This document shows positions 50,154 through 59,181 of a stretch of DNA of 64,000 nucleotides, piece after piece. Position numbers and translations under genes: made by a program. Below the pieces are notes generated by a model that saw only the letters and a list, made by a program, of their open reading frames with translations, did no database searches and was not told where the DNA came from. The DNA is from an uncultured Pseudomonadota bacterium (GTDB taxonomy: Bacteria; Oederibacteriota; Muellerivitia; Muellerivitales; Muellerivitaceae): contig CAVYRH010000004.1 in NCBI GenBank assembly GCA_963770835.1, forward strand, positions 320,001 to 384,000, read 5' to 3'. The first letter of the stretch is position 1. Each line of letters starts with the position of its first letter.

Positions 50154-51908
50154 TTACCCGGAATGTTTTCCGCCGTTGCGTCCCAAGAATGTTTCCAACA
50201 GTTCCTGCAGGCGGTCCGGATCAACGGGTTTGAAAAGGATGGGAAACCCCAGGTCCTGCGCCTCGCGAAGCCTCTCCGGGGAAGTGTCCCCCGTCACCAG
50301 GGCCGAGGGAAGTTCCCGGTCCAGGACTATGCGGATCCTGCGGATAACATCGATCCCCGTTTCCCCCTCGCCCAGCCGGTAGTCGCACAGGAGGGCTTTC
50401 AGGTCATGGGAGGGCCCCAGGTATTCCAGGGCCCCGGCCATGGAGGAAGCCGCCAGGGGTTTCAGGTTCCAGGATTTTAAAAGCCCCGCGAGCCCTTCCC
50501 GGATGGTGCCGTCGTCGTCCACCACCAGCACGGCTTCTCCCTGGAAACGGGGAACGCGGTTTTTCCTTTTTCCCGGAAGGGTCTCCGGCGCGGCGGCCAC
50601 CGGAACCCGGATGGTAAAGAGACAGCCTTGACCGCGTTCGGGCGTTGAAACCACGGCCACGGGGTGGCCCAAGGCCTCCCCCAGGCTTTTCACAATGGAT
50701 AAGCCCAACCCCAGGCCCTGGGCCCGGTCCCGGCCCGGGTTCTGGATCTGGTAAAACTCCTTGAAAATATTCTCCCTTTCCCCCGGCGGTATCCCCGGCC
50801 CGGTATCGGAAACTTCCAACGAATAAACCCCGTCCTCTTCCCGGCAGTCCAGGCCCACCTTGCCGGCCATGGTGTAACGCACGGCATTGGACAAAAGATT
50901 GCGCAGCATGCGCGCCAAAAGGTCGGGGTCGCTCAGGGTCCATCCTTCGGGCAGGGAAGCGGAAAAGGCCAGGCCCTTGCGGCGGGCCAGCGGCACGAAC
51001 TCGGTTTTCAGTTTGGAAAAAAGCGGCCTAAAGGGGAAGGCCTGCAGCCGGGGCTTGAGCGTGCCGGACCCGGCCAGGGAAAGGTCCAGAAGGCCGTCCA
51101 GGAGGGAACTCAAGGCTTTGTGGGTGGCTTCCAACTTTTCAAAGGCCTGACTCCGGCGGGAGCCCTTTTTGCGTTCCCCCTTGAGCGCGTGCAGGAAAAG
51201 ACCCTGGGCGTGCAGGGGCTGGCGCAGGTCGTGGCTGGCCACGGCCAGGAACCGGGTCTTGGCCGCCAGGGCCTCCTCCACCTTGGCCTTTTCATCCCTC
51301 AAATTTTCCACCAGGTCCAGGTTCTCGGAACGCAAACGGTAGGTTTCCCTCAAGTTCCGGTTCCACAGGTGGGCGAAGGCCGCCAGCAAAAGAAAAAAGG
51401 GAATCCCACCCAAGCCCAGGGGCCGGCCCGGCAGGGGACTGCTGAAAAAAACGAAAGCGTAAGCGGCGGTCAGGGGAAGGCAAAAGGCGTAAAAGGCCGG
51501 AAGGTAGGGCGAAAAGATGATCAAGGCCCCGCAGCTGAGGATGGTCCCTTCCACGGCCAAGATCCCGAGGGCCAGGCTATGCCAGGCCAGCATCCAGGCC
51601 GCCCAAAGCAGGCCGCCGAAAAAAGCGCCGCCCCAAGCGTGCCGGGCCCAAACCTTGGGCGGGGTCTTGAAGCGCGAGGCCTCATCCTTAAAAAAGGCCG
51701 ACAAAGTCCAAACCCGCTGGGCGGTAAAGGCGGCTTGGACCGAAAGCCAAGTGACAAGGATCCAGGGCTCCACAAGGCCTCTATATAGAAGGGCCACCAA
51801 AAGGGCGTTCAGGACGTTAATGGGGACCAGGATGCGGCCATAACGGAAAACCGCCGACAATTGGGCGCCGAGGATCTTGGAATGCGAATCGGGAGGAAAG
51901 GAAGCCAC
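50154..51908 (-). CDS. membrane hybrid sensor histidine kinase/response regulator
   Basis: About five TM segments; H-box ASHDLRQPL; NLLSNAVRYT, DTGPGI and GLGLGL; C-terminal REC (VVDDD, LCDYRL, KP). Confidence 0.93.
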   Translation of the reverse strand: MASFPPDSHSKILGAQLSAVFRYGRILVPINVLNALLVALLYRGLVEPWILVTWLSVQAAFTAQRVWTLSAFFKDEASRFKTPPKVWARHAWGGAFFGGLLWAAWMLAWHSLALGILAVEGTILSCGALIIFSPYLPAFYAFCLPLTAAYAFVFFSSPLPGRPLGLGGIPFFLLLAAFAHLWNRNLRETYRLRSENLDLVENLRDEKAKVEEALAAKTRFLAVASHDLRQPLHAQGLFLHALKGERKKGSRRSQAFEKLEATHKALSSLLDGLLDLSLAGSGTLKPRLQAFPFRPLFSKLKTEFVPLARRKGLAFSASLPEGWTLSDPDLLARMLRNLLSNAVRYTMAGKVGLDCREEDGVYSLEVSDTGPGIPPGERENIFKEFYQIQNPGRDRAQGLGLGLSIVKSLGEALGHPVAVVSTPERGQGCLFTIRVPVAAAPETLPGKRKNRVPRFQGEAVLVVDDDGTIREGLAGLLKSWNLKPLAASSMAGALEYLGPSHDLKALLCDYRLGEGETGIDVIRRIRIVLDRELPSALVTGDTSPERLREAQDLGFPILFKPVDPDRLQELLETFLGRNGGKHSG

Positions 51909-51947
51909 GCTAAACTCCTAATCGGGCTGAAAAGGTTCCCAGGCTCC

Positions 51948-52047
51948 AATTTTTAATTTTGAATTATGAATTTTGGTCATTATTGGATTCACTTGCGAAT
52001 CCAATAATTTCATTAATTTAAAATTTAACATTTAGAATTCACAATTA
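51948..52047. repeat. inverted AT-rich heptamer tandem repeats
   Basis: AATTTTT AATTTTG AATTATG AATTTTG followed by AATTTAA AATTTAA CATTTAG AATTCAC. Confidence 0.7.
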
Positions 52048-52055
52048 AGGTTTTC

Positions 52056-52670
52056 TTAGGCATTTCGCACCAGGCCCAGTTTGACGGCTTTAATGGAGGC
52101 CTCAGTGCGGCTGCGCGCGCCCAGGGCCTTGAGGATGGTGGCCATGTGGGCCCGCACGGTGTTCAAGGTGAGCCCCAGGGCGTCGGCGATTTCCTTATTG
52201 GCCTTGCCCAAAACCGCCTGGGCCAGGACTTCCCTCTGGCGCGCCGTCAGGACCGGGTTCATCCGGGGCCCAGGGGCCGGGGTTCCGGCCTTGGCCAGGT
52301 TCTTCGGCGGCCTCAGGAATTTTTTTAAGGACCCCAGCATTTCCTTGGCGGGGGAAGCTTTGGAAAGAAAGGCCGAGGCGCCGTGGTTCAAGCCTTCCTG
52401 CACCACTTCCGGGGAAGCCCAGGCCGAAACCAGGACCACGGGAAGGTCCGGGCGGGCCGCCTTCAGCCGCTTCAACCCCTCGAAGCCATGCAGGTCGGGC
52501 AATTGGAGGTCCAGCAGGACCAGGTCCAGCCCTTTGGCTTTTTCGGCCAAGGCCAGGCCCTCCCCGCAGCTCAAGGCCTGGGTCAGCCGGCAGTCCGGAT
52601 ATTGTTTCTTTAATAGAAGGGCCAGGCCGTCGCCGAAAAGCGCGTGGTCGTCGATGAGCAGGATTTTCAT
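52056..52670 (-). CDS. NarL/LuxR-family response regulator
   Basis: LIDDH and LLDLQLP receiver motifs; LTARQREVL...NKEIA...TVRAH HTH. Confidence 0.94.
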   Translation of the reverse strand: MKILLIDDHALFGDGLALLLKKQYPDCRLTQALSCGEGLALAEKAKGLDLVLLDLQLPDLHGFEGLKRLKAARPDLPVVLVSAWASPEVVQEGLNHGASAFLSKASPAKEMLGSLKKFLRPPKNLAKAGTPAPGPRMNPVLTARQREVLAQAVLGKANKEIADALGLTLNTVRAHMATILKALGARSRTEASIKAVKLGLVRNA

Positions 52671-52716
52671 TCAAACCTCGAAACAGGATTAAAGCCCAAA
52701 ATCTAAAAGACTATTA

Positions 52717-52853
52717 GCCACAGATGAATGGGATACATGGGATAAACCAAAATCAGGATGGAAAAAAACTTTTAAAAAGGCATCCATCGGTTGAGCCGTC
52801 TTTTAAATTTTTTTGGGTTTGTGTCCATCCCATTCATCCCATTTATCTGTGGC
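52717..52853. repeat. inverted nonamer tandem repeats
   Basis: GCCACAGATGAATGGGATACATGGGAT and ATCCCATTCATCCCATTTATCTGTGGC. Confidence 0.75.
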
Positions 52854-52912
52854 AAATTGCTTTTTCGGTTTGATTTTACGTTTGTCCGCGGCAGCTTGCA
52901 ACGCCAGGGGAC

Positions 52913-52972
52913 TCGTCCTAAAGGACTAGTCCTAAAAGACGAAAGACAGGGGAAAAAAGCCAGGCCTATACT
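52913..52972 (+). promoter_or_regulatory. two overlapping 7-2-7 palindromes upstream of a TATACT -10
   Basis: TCGTCCT-AA-AGGACTA at 52913-52928; TAGTCCT-AA-AAGACGA at 52927-52942; TATACT at 52967-52972. Confidence 0.6.
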
Positions 52973-53012
52973 CCGCGCGTTGGTTGAAAAAAGCCGGATG
53001 GGGAGGGTTCTC

Positions 53013-54230
53013 ATGAAAAAAAATCACTTGCGCCTGGTCTTCCTGCTCTCCGCCCTGGCGGCAGTCCTCGACGGCTGTCCCGGCAAGAACAGCCCGGCCT
53101 CCCCTGGAAACGCGAATTTTTCGGCTCCCCCGCCAACGGCAAGCCCAAGCCCCACTCCCACGGCCTGCCTTTCCTGCAGTCCAACTTCCACCGCGACCTC
53201 CACGGCCACCTTCAGCCCCATCCGGACCGGCACCGCCTCCCCAACGGCCACGACCACGCCCACCGCCACCGGCACTTTAAATATCACCTCGACACCCACG
53301 CCGACGTTTACGCAGACAAGCACGACCACCTCGTCGGCTACGTCGACGGCCACTGCGACTTCAACCGCCACCGGCACGGCCACCTCCACCTTCCCACCGA
53401 CCGCCACCGGCACCCCGCCCCTGGCCTACCAGGGCCCCATCACCCTCATCATTGGACCCGCCGGGGTGGCGGTGGACGACGCGGGATACGTGTACGTGGT
53501 CGACAACGTGGAAAACCGCATCGACAAGTTCACCTCCTCCGGCGCCCCGGTCACCCAGTGGGGGCCGCCCGCCGTCGTTATCGCGGGTGCCGACGGCATC
53601 GCGGTGGACAACCAGGGCTATTTTTACGTGGCGGATACGGGCGACAACCGGGTGCAAAAATTCACCACCATCGGGGGCGCGGTGACCCAGTGGAGCGGGC
53701 CGGCCACGGCCGCCCTCTCGGGCCCCGAAGGCATCGCCGTGGACAGCCTGGGCTTCGTCTATGTGTCGGACACGGGCAACAACCGCGTCGAGGTCTTTAA
53801 TTCCTCCGGGGGCTACGAGAACCAATGGGGCGGTTTGGGGACGGGAAGCGGGACGTTCCATTTCCCCTCCGGCCTGGTGGCGGACGGCTCCAACCATATC
53901 TACGTGGCGGATCAGGGCAACAACCTGGTGCAAAAGCTCACCTCCACCGGCGGGTTCTTAAGCCAGTTGGGGGCGGGCGCCAGCGGCGTGTCCTTTTCCC
54001 AGCCCTGGGGTGTGGCGCTGGACGCCTCCGGAAACCTTTACGTCTCGGACAGCGGCAACAACCGGTGCCTGAAGTTTAATTCGGGGGGGAACCTGCTGGG
54101 CCAATGGGGAAGCTCCGGCACCGGGCCAGGCCAGTTTGAGAGCCCCCTAGGGATCGCGCTCAACAGCACGGGCTATGCCTATGTGGCCGACTACAGCAAT
54201 GAACGGGTTGAGATATTCGCGCCGCAATAA
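53013..54230 (+). CDS. NHL-repeat lipoprotein with Thr-rich linker
   Basis: GGAGG RBS; lipobox VLDG-C then PGKNSPAS; six PxG(I/V)A(V/L)D..G.(V/I)YV.D..N.R-type repeats. Confidence 0.87.
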   Translation: MKKNHLRLVFLLSALAAVLDGCPGKNSPASPGNANFSAPPPTASPSPTPTACLSCSPTSTATSTATFSPIRTGTASPTATTTPTATGTLNITSTPTPTFTQTSTTTSSATSTATATSTATGTATSTFPPTATGTPPLAYQGPITLIIGPAGVAVDDAGYVYVVDNVENRIDKFTSSGAPVTQWGPPAVVIAGADGIAVDNQGYFYVADTGDNRVQKFTTIGGAVTQWSGPATAALSGPEGIAVDSLGFVYVSDTGNNRVEVFNSSGGYENQWGGLGTGSGTFHFPSGLVADGSNHIYVADQGNNLVQKLTSTGGFLSQLGAGASGVSFSQPWGVALDASGNLYVSDSGNNRCLKFNSGGNLLGQWGSSGTGPGQFESPLGIALNSTGYAYVADYSNERVEIFAPQ

Positions 54231-54268
54231 AGCCGAGAGGCCCTAATTAGTTCAAGAGGAGAGACGAC

Positions 54269-55330
54269 ATGAAAAAGAAAATCCCGGGGCTGCTATTAAT
54301 CCTTTGCGCCTGCTGGCCCCTGGCCTGCGGGAAGAACCTCGCCCCGCCGGCCACCCCGGCCTCCCCCTCTTCCCCCGCCGCGGGAACCCCGACCCCCACC
54401 GCCACCCTGCCAGCCGTTGTCGGCGCCGGCTGGTTCAAGGTCACCGGGTCGGCGGCCTTCCCGGCGCGCGGAGGCCAGACCGCCTGCGCCTTCAACAACC
54501 GCATGTGGGTCATCGGCGGGGGTTCCAACGTCACCTCGGGCCTGCTGAACGACAGCTGGTCCTCGCTGGACGGGGTGGATTGGAGCTCGGCCACCACCAA
54601 CGCGGCCTTCAGCCCCCGGATCTTCCACGCCTCGGCGGTCTTCGACACCCGGCTCTGGGTCAGCGGGGGATCGACCGCCGGACTCAACGACCCCGGGGTC
54701 GACCCACCCCTGGCGGACCTCTGGTATTCCTATGACGGCGCCGCCTGGATCCAGGCCGCGGTGACCGCCGCTTTCGGCGCCCGGGAAGGGCACAGCCTGG
54801 TGGCCTTCAACAACCTGCTTTGGATGATCGCGGGGAGCGCGGACGACTTGTCAGGCGACAGCGACGTCTGGTCCTCCCCCGACGGGGTCACCTGGACCCG
54901 GGTGACCGCGGCCGCGCCCTTTCTCGGAAGGACGGCCCAAACCGCTTTCGTTTACAACGGCAAGATATGGGTGATCGGCGGGAACGACACCCGGCCCCGG
55001 GACGGCGGCGGGCTGAACGACGTCTGGTATTCCTCCGACGGGGCCAATTGGACCGAGGCCACGGCCCACGCGGCCTTCAGCGCCCGGGCGGGCCAGGCCT
55101 CCCCCGTTTACGACGGCCAGATGTGGGTCATCGGCGGGGTCAACCTATCCGGAAACTCCTTAAGCGACGCCTGGTATTCCTCCGACGGGGTCACCTGGAC
55201 CCAAGCCACCCCTTCGGCGGGCTTCGGCACCAGGGGATTTCTTTCTTCCTTGGTTTTCAACGGAGAAATGTGGGTCTTGTGCGGGAAGAGCGGAAGTTCG
55301 GTCCTGAACGATCTCTGGCAATCGCCGTGA
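54269..55330 (+). CDS. Kelch-like beta-propeller lipoprotein
   Basis: AGGAG RBS; lipobox WPLA-C then GKNLAP; six F..R......FN..MWVIGG...DxWxSxDGxxW-type repeats. Confidence 0.83.
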   Translation: MKKKIPGLLLILCACWPLACGKNLAPPATPASPSSPAAGTPTPTATLPAVVGAGWFKVTGSAAFPARGGQTACAFNNRMWVIGGGSNVTSGLLNDSWSSLDGVDWSSATTNAAFSPRIFHASAVFDTRLWVSGGSTAGLNDPGVDPPLADLWYSYDGAAWIQAAVTAAFGAREGHSLVAFNNLLWMIAGSADDLSGDSDVWSSPDGVTWTRVTAAAPFLGRTAQTAFVYNGKIWVIGGNDTRPRDGGGLNDVWYSSDGANWTEATAHAAFSARAGQASPVYDGQMWVIGGVNLSGNSLSDAWYSSDGVTWTQATPSAGFGTRGFLSSLVFNGEMWVLCGKSGSSVLNDLWQSP

Positions 55331-55399
55331 ATCCGCCGAATCCCGGGCGGAGAGCGGTGAACAAAAAAGGCTTTCCCGCACCGGGCAGGCGGGGCTCCG

Positions 55400-55837
55400 T
55401 CAGGCGCGTTTTTTGGAAATTTTCGTGGGCTTCTTTTTGGCGGACTTTGTAACCTTGATTTTGGTTCCCTTCGGGGCTTTGGCCATGTTGAGCAGCACCG
55501 CGGCCTGGACCAGGGCCTTTATGGCGGGCCCATCCACCTTGTCGCCCTCCACAAACTTGACCGCGCGCCAAACCTTGCCGTCGAGGAACGAGTTGAAAAG
55601 TTTTTTGGGGTCCGGAAGGCTCGCTCCCTTGGAGAAAACCAAATTGACCCACTGCTTGTGGGCATTCGCCAAACAGAGGTTGCCATTGCGGCACCAAACC
55701 GGAGTCCCCATCCATTTCCATTCCTCCACCACCCCGGGGTCGGCCTCGTGGATGGTTTTCCGGATGTCGGCCATAATCCGGCCGCGCCAATCCGGGAGGC
55801 TCGCGATCAGTTCATCGATTTGTTTTGAAGGATTCAT
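55400..55837 (-). CDS. DUF1801 (YdhG/YdeI-like) protein
   Basis: LPDWRG, VVEEWKWMGTPVW and FSKGASLPDPKKLFN motifs. Confidence 0.88.
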   Translation of the reverse strand: MNPSKQIDELIASLPDWRGRIMADIRKTIHEADPGVVEEWKWMGTPVWCRNGNLCLANAHKQWVNLVFSKGASLPDPKKLFNSFLDGKVWRAVKFVEGDKVDGPAIKALVQAAVLLNMAKAPKGTKIKVTKSAKKKPTKISKKRA

Positions 55838-55867
55838 TTTCAGCTCCTTAATAAAGTTGGGGTGAGG

Positions 55868-56227
55868 TCAGAACGGGTGCAGTACAAACCGCCCATAGGC
55901 CACGAAGAGGGACAAGAGGGCGGGCGCCAAAACCCAGATGAAGGTTTTAAATTTGATGCCCTTGAAGGTCAGCGCATGGATCAACAGCGTTAATACGGGA
56001 AGGCCGACCGCCGAGATGGGGGTGAGTTGGGTCATTACCCCTATCGCGCCGGGCAGGACCAAACCCAAGGCCAACAGGACCTGGAGCGCGCCGATGGCGA
56101 TCCAGGCGGGCTTGGGGAAAATTTTCAACCAGGCCGGGGGGAGTTTTCCGACATTAAGCTGGTAGAGCCCGCCCATCGCATAGTACAAAGCCAACAGGAT
56201 TTGAAGAAACCACAAGAGAATGTTCAT
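55868..56227 (-). CDS. DoxX-family membrane protein
   Basis: MNILLWFLQILLA...LGLVLP...FVAYGR; GGAGG RBS. Confidence 0.82.
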   Translation of the reverse strand: MNILLWFLQILLALYYAMGGLYQLNVGKLPPAWLKIFPKPAWIAIGALQVLLALGLVLPGAIGVMTQLTPISAVGLPVLTLLIHALTFKGIKFKTFIWVLAPALLSLFVAYGRFVLHPF

Positions 56228-56252
56228 TTGCTTCCTCCTAAAGTTTAATAGT

Positions 56253-56660
56253 TTAATGAGCCGGCGCGGCCTGCAGGCGGCGCCAGAAGAAATACGAGAA
56301 GCCCCAGAGCACAGCGGTGCCCGCGGCCCAGCCCCAACTTTGCGGGCCGTCGCCTACCGACAGGTGGGCGAGGACCGCCGAGCCGAGGGTGATGGCGAAG
56401 CCGGCGTAAGCCCACTCCTTGAGCCGCGCCCCCACCGGCGCCAGCAGCAGCACTATGCCGAAGAACTTGGCCCAGGAGAGCTCCACCCGGAAGTAGCTTG
56501 GAAAGCCCAGGTGGGTGAAAGCCGCGGCCACCTGCGGCAGCTGCAGCTGCGCGTAGGCGGTGAAGCCTATCTGCAGGCAGAAAAGCGCGGTGGCGATCCA
56601 AAAGCCCCAGCGAGCCAAATTCGAGCCCTTTGAACCACCCTTCGACCTTGAATCATCCAT
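56253..56660 (-). CDS. DoxX-family membrane protein
   Basis: FTHLGFPSYFR...AK..G...RLKEWAYAGF signature. Confidence 0.88.
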   Translation of the reverse strand: MDDSRSKGGSKGSNLARWGFWIATALFCLQIGFTAYAQLQLPQVAAAFTHLGFPSYFRVELSWAKFFGIVLLLAPVGARLKEWAYAGFAITLGSAVLAHLSVGDGPQSWGWAAGTAVLWGFSYFFWRRLQAAPAH

Positions 56661-56794
56661 TTTCTTCGCCCCCTTAATTTGACTGCATTATTCCTGGTTT
56701 TTGACGGGAATCAACCAGGACTTAAACCCTAAAAAACCCGTGGAACAGCGCTAAAAGCTGGTGAAATACACCTTAAATCCCTTGGTTTCATTCC

Positions 56795-56821
56795 TGTCAC
56801 AATCCCCGGCTTTTATCCGTC
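56795..56821 (+). promoter_or_regulatory. ECF41-type promoter facing the sigma gene
   Basis: TGTCACA-N16-CGTC. Confidence 0.75.
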
Positions 56822-56829
56822 ATTACAGT

Positions 56830-56856
56830 GACGGATGAAACTCAATAAATGTGACG
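56830..56856 (-). promoter_or_regulatory. ECF41-type promoter facing the DoxX/DUF1801 operon
   Basis: Minus strand CGTCACA-N16-CGTC. Confidence 0.72.
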
Positions 56857-56881
56857 GCCTGAAAAAACAAAGGTAATTTGA

Positions 56882-57016
56882 ACCACCAAGGTCACCAAGA
56901 ACGACGGAAGACAATCATTCTTAAAATGTCTTAAATCTAATCTTTGTTTAAGCCTTTCTTGGCGCCCTTCGTGCTTCGAAGCTGGTTTGTAGCTTCAGGG
57001 CGCGTGCCTTGGTGGT
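56882..57016. repeat. degenerate inverted 9-10-mer repeat element
   Basis: ACCACCAAGGTCACCAAGAAC followed by TTCTTGGCGCCCTTCGTG...GTGCCTTGGTGGT. Confidence 0.55.
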
Positions 57017-57062
57017 GAAAACGGTTTTTGTTCCAAGTAAAATCAGGCCAAAGGACAGGGAA

Positions 57063-57956
57063 ATGACGGAAGAAAATTGGCTGGTCCAGAAATTCCAAGA
57101 CAACCGCGCCCGTTTAAAAGGGGTGGCGGGCCGCATCCTCGGCTCAAACGCGGAGGCGGAGGACGCGGTCCAGGAAGCCTGGCTGCGCCTCAGCCGGTCG
57201 GACGCGGACCGCATTGAGAACCTCGGGGGCTGGCTCACCACCGTAGTGGCCCATGTCTGCCTCGACATGCTCCGCTCCCGCAAGACGAGAAAAGAAGAAC
57301 CTTTCGAGGAACGGCTGGAACAGGTTTCCCCCGTCGCCGACAAAAGGGACCCGGAAAGCGAGCTTTTGTTCGCGGACTCCCTCGGTTCCGCACTGACGAT
57401 CCTGCTTAATCAATTAGCCCCGGCCGAACGGGTGGCCTTCGTGCTGCACGACTTGTTCGATTTGCCTTTCGAGGAAATCGCGCCGATCGTGGGCCGGTCC
57501 GAGGCCGCAGCCAGGCAGCTCGCCAGCCGCGCCCGCCGCCGGGTCCGCGGGGGCCAGGAAAACCGGGAGGACGAAGGAAAGAAACGGGAGATCGTCTCGG
57601 CCTTCCTGGCCGCCTCCCGCGAGGGCAATTTCGACGCCCTGCTTCAATTGCTCGATCCCGAGGTCCTGCTTTGCGCGGATGACGCCGCCGTCAAAATCAC
57701 CGCGGCCAACCAAGGCAAGGGCGCGCCGCCTTTCCAAAGCCGGATGCGGGGCGCTGGAGCAATCGCCGAAGCCTTCAAAGGCCGGGCCGTGGGCGCCCAA
57801 CTGGCCCTCATCAACGGCTCGGTGGGAACCACCTGGATTGGCGGTGGAAAACCCAGGCTGGCTTTCTTGTTCTCGATCGAAAACGGGAAGATCCAGGAGA
57901 TCGACGTCGTCATGGACCCCGAGGATCTTAAGGCATTCTCCGTTGAACTGATTTAG
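57063..57956 (+). CDS. ECF sigma factor with C-terminal SnoaL-like extension (ECF41/SigJ-like)
   Basis: AEDAVQEAWLRL, WLTTVV..VCLDMLRSR, ERVAFVLHD.F, AARQLASRARRRV and FLAASREG.FDALL..LDP motifs. Confidence 0.9.
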   Translation: MTEENWLVQKFQDNRARLKGVAGRILGSNAEAEDAVQEAWLRLSRSDADRIENLGGWLTTVVAHVCLDMLRSRKTRKEEPFEERLEQVSPVADKRDPESELLFADSLGSALTILLNQLAPAERVAFVLHDLFDLPFEEIAPIVGRSEAAARQLASRARRRVRGGQENREDEGKKREIVSAFLAASREGNFDALLQLLDPEVLLCADDAAVKITAANQGKGAPPFQSRMRGAGAIAEAFKGRAVGAQLALINGSVGTTWIGGGKPRLAFLFSIENGKIQEIDVVMDPEDLKAFSVELI

Positions 57957-58235
57957 CGGCGTTTAAGGGAAATGGGGTTTTGTCCCCCCCCCCATTTGGG
58001 TTTCCGAAATTCAGGTCATTCCCCGAAATCAGGCGGTGATCACAATGATATGATTTTTAATCATTGTGATCGGAGTCCGCGGCTTATAAAAACGGTTGGA
58101 TTTTAAAATCCCCGAAACGGCCCTTTTCGCCCGGGAAAACATGTTTTGGTTCCCCGCCGGCCTTCTTTCCCAAGGCACAATCCTTGCTTTACACCTCATT
58201 AGCTTTTAACGCGCAAGATCCTCAAGGAGGCGGTT

Positions 58236-58295
58236 ATGTATATCGGTATGGGGTTTCTCGTAGTATTTGTAATTGTTATTTTGATCCTTCGTTGA
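58236..58295 (+). CDS. 19-aa single-TM small protein MYIGMGFLVVFVIVILILR
   Basis: AAGGAGG 5 nt before the ATG; hydrophobic peptide ending in Arg; below the ORF-track size cutoff. Confidence 0.6.
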   Translation: MYIGMGFLVVFVIVILILR

Positions 58296-58351
58296 ACGGG
58301 AAGATTCCCTTTCCCTCAAGGTTCCACTTTGGCAAATTCTTGGACGTTCAG

Positions 58352-58500
58352 TTTTTCCCCCTCTGAAAGAGGGGGACCAAGGGGGAGTTAGTTTTTGTCC
58401 AAACTTTAGCAACGGCTAATACCCCCTCCCCAAAGGCTTTCACAGGGAAAAACCCCTGTGTACCCTCAAAACCGAGAGGCCCCTTTTTCAAAGGGGGAAT
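58352..58500. repeat. pair of REP-like CCCCC...GGGGG hairpins
   Basis: TCCCCCTCT-GAA-AGAGGGGGA and CCCCTTT-TTC-AAAGGGG. Confidence 0.5.
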
Positions 58501-58560
58501 TCAAACTGAGTCACTACTCGCGGTTTACCGATGCTGCGCCTTTTCCTTCCATTTTCTTCC

Positions 58561-59019
58561 TCAGACCTGCACCTTTTCGACCTTGTTGGGCAGCCCTTTC
58601 CCGGTGGTGATCAAGTTTTTCAAGCTGCCCTTGATATAGGAGCCCCACGCGTCGTTACAGGCATTGAAGCACTCTACCTTGGAGCTTAAACCTTGGTGGG
58701 TAAAGCGGACTTCGGTCTTGCCGTTTTTTCGAGCGATCTCAAAAATCACCTTGGTGCCGTTCCACTCGGTTTTGTCCTCGATAAAGGAAAGGTAGCTGTC
58801 CAAAACCGTCCAAACGACCTTTTTTCCCGGTATGAATTGGGTGATCTTTTGCTTCGAATAATGCATGTCCTTGTAGCGGTAGGTGAACACGCCGCCGCTC
58901 TTATCGGTGACGCCTTCCAGGTTTCCCGACCACCAGCCCCGGACGTTGTTGATGGCGTCGAAGACTTCCTTCGGGGTTTTGTTCACCGTAAAGCTGTGGT
59001 TTAAATCTTGGTTTTTCAT
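58561..59019 (-). CDS. SRPBCC/AHSA1 domain protein
   Basis: VFDAINNVRGWWS, EWNGTKVIFEI, FTHQGL...ECF..C..AW motifs; AAGGAG RBS. Confidence 0.9.
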   Translation of the reverse strand: MKNQDLNHSFTVNKTPKEVFDAINNVRGWWSGNLEGVTDKSGGVFTYRYKDMHYSKQKITQFIPGKKVVWTVLDSYLSFIEDKTEWNGTKVIFEIARKNGKTEVRFTHQGLSSKVECFNACNDAWGSYIKGSLKNLITTGKGLPNKVEKVQV

Positions 59020-59181
59020 GACGATCTCCTTTTTCTTTTTTAAGGTGTATCCATGGGCTGAGTTCACGGAGTTTGTTTTTACGGGAGCGTGGTTAAGGGG
59101 CAACACCGGCGTGAGTGGTTCCTCCACGCTCCCGCCGCCGTCAGCGCGGCGATCCGATGTTGTGCCCGCTTCCTCCTTGGC

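Noticed and set aside
58184..58412. 60-aa and 68-aa ORFs from the track
   Set aside because: No RBS or coding bias; the 19-aa ORF with AAGGAGG explains the region better.
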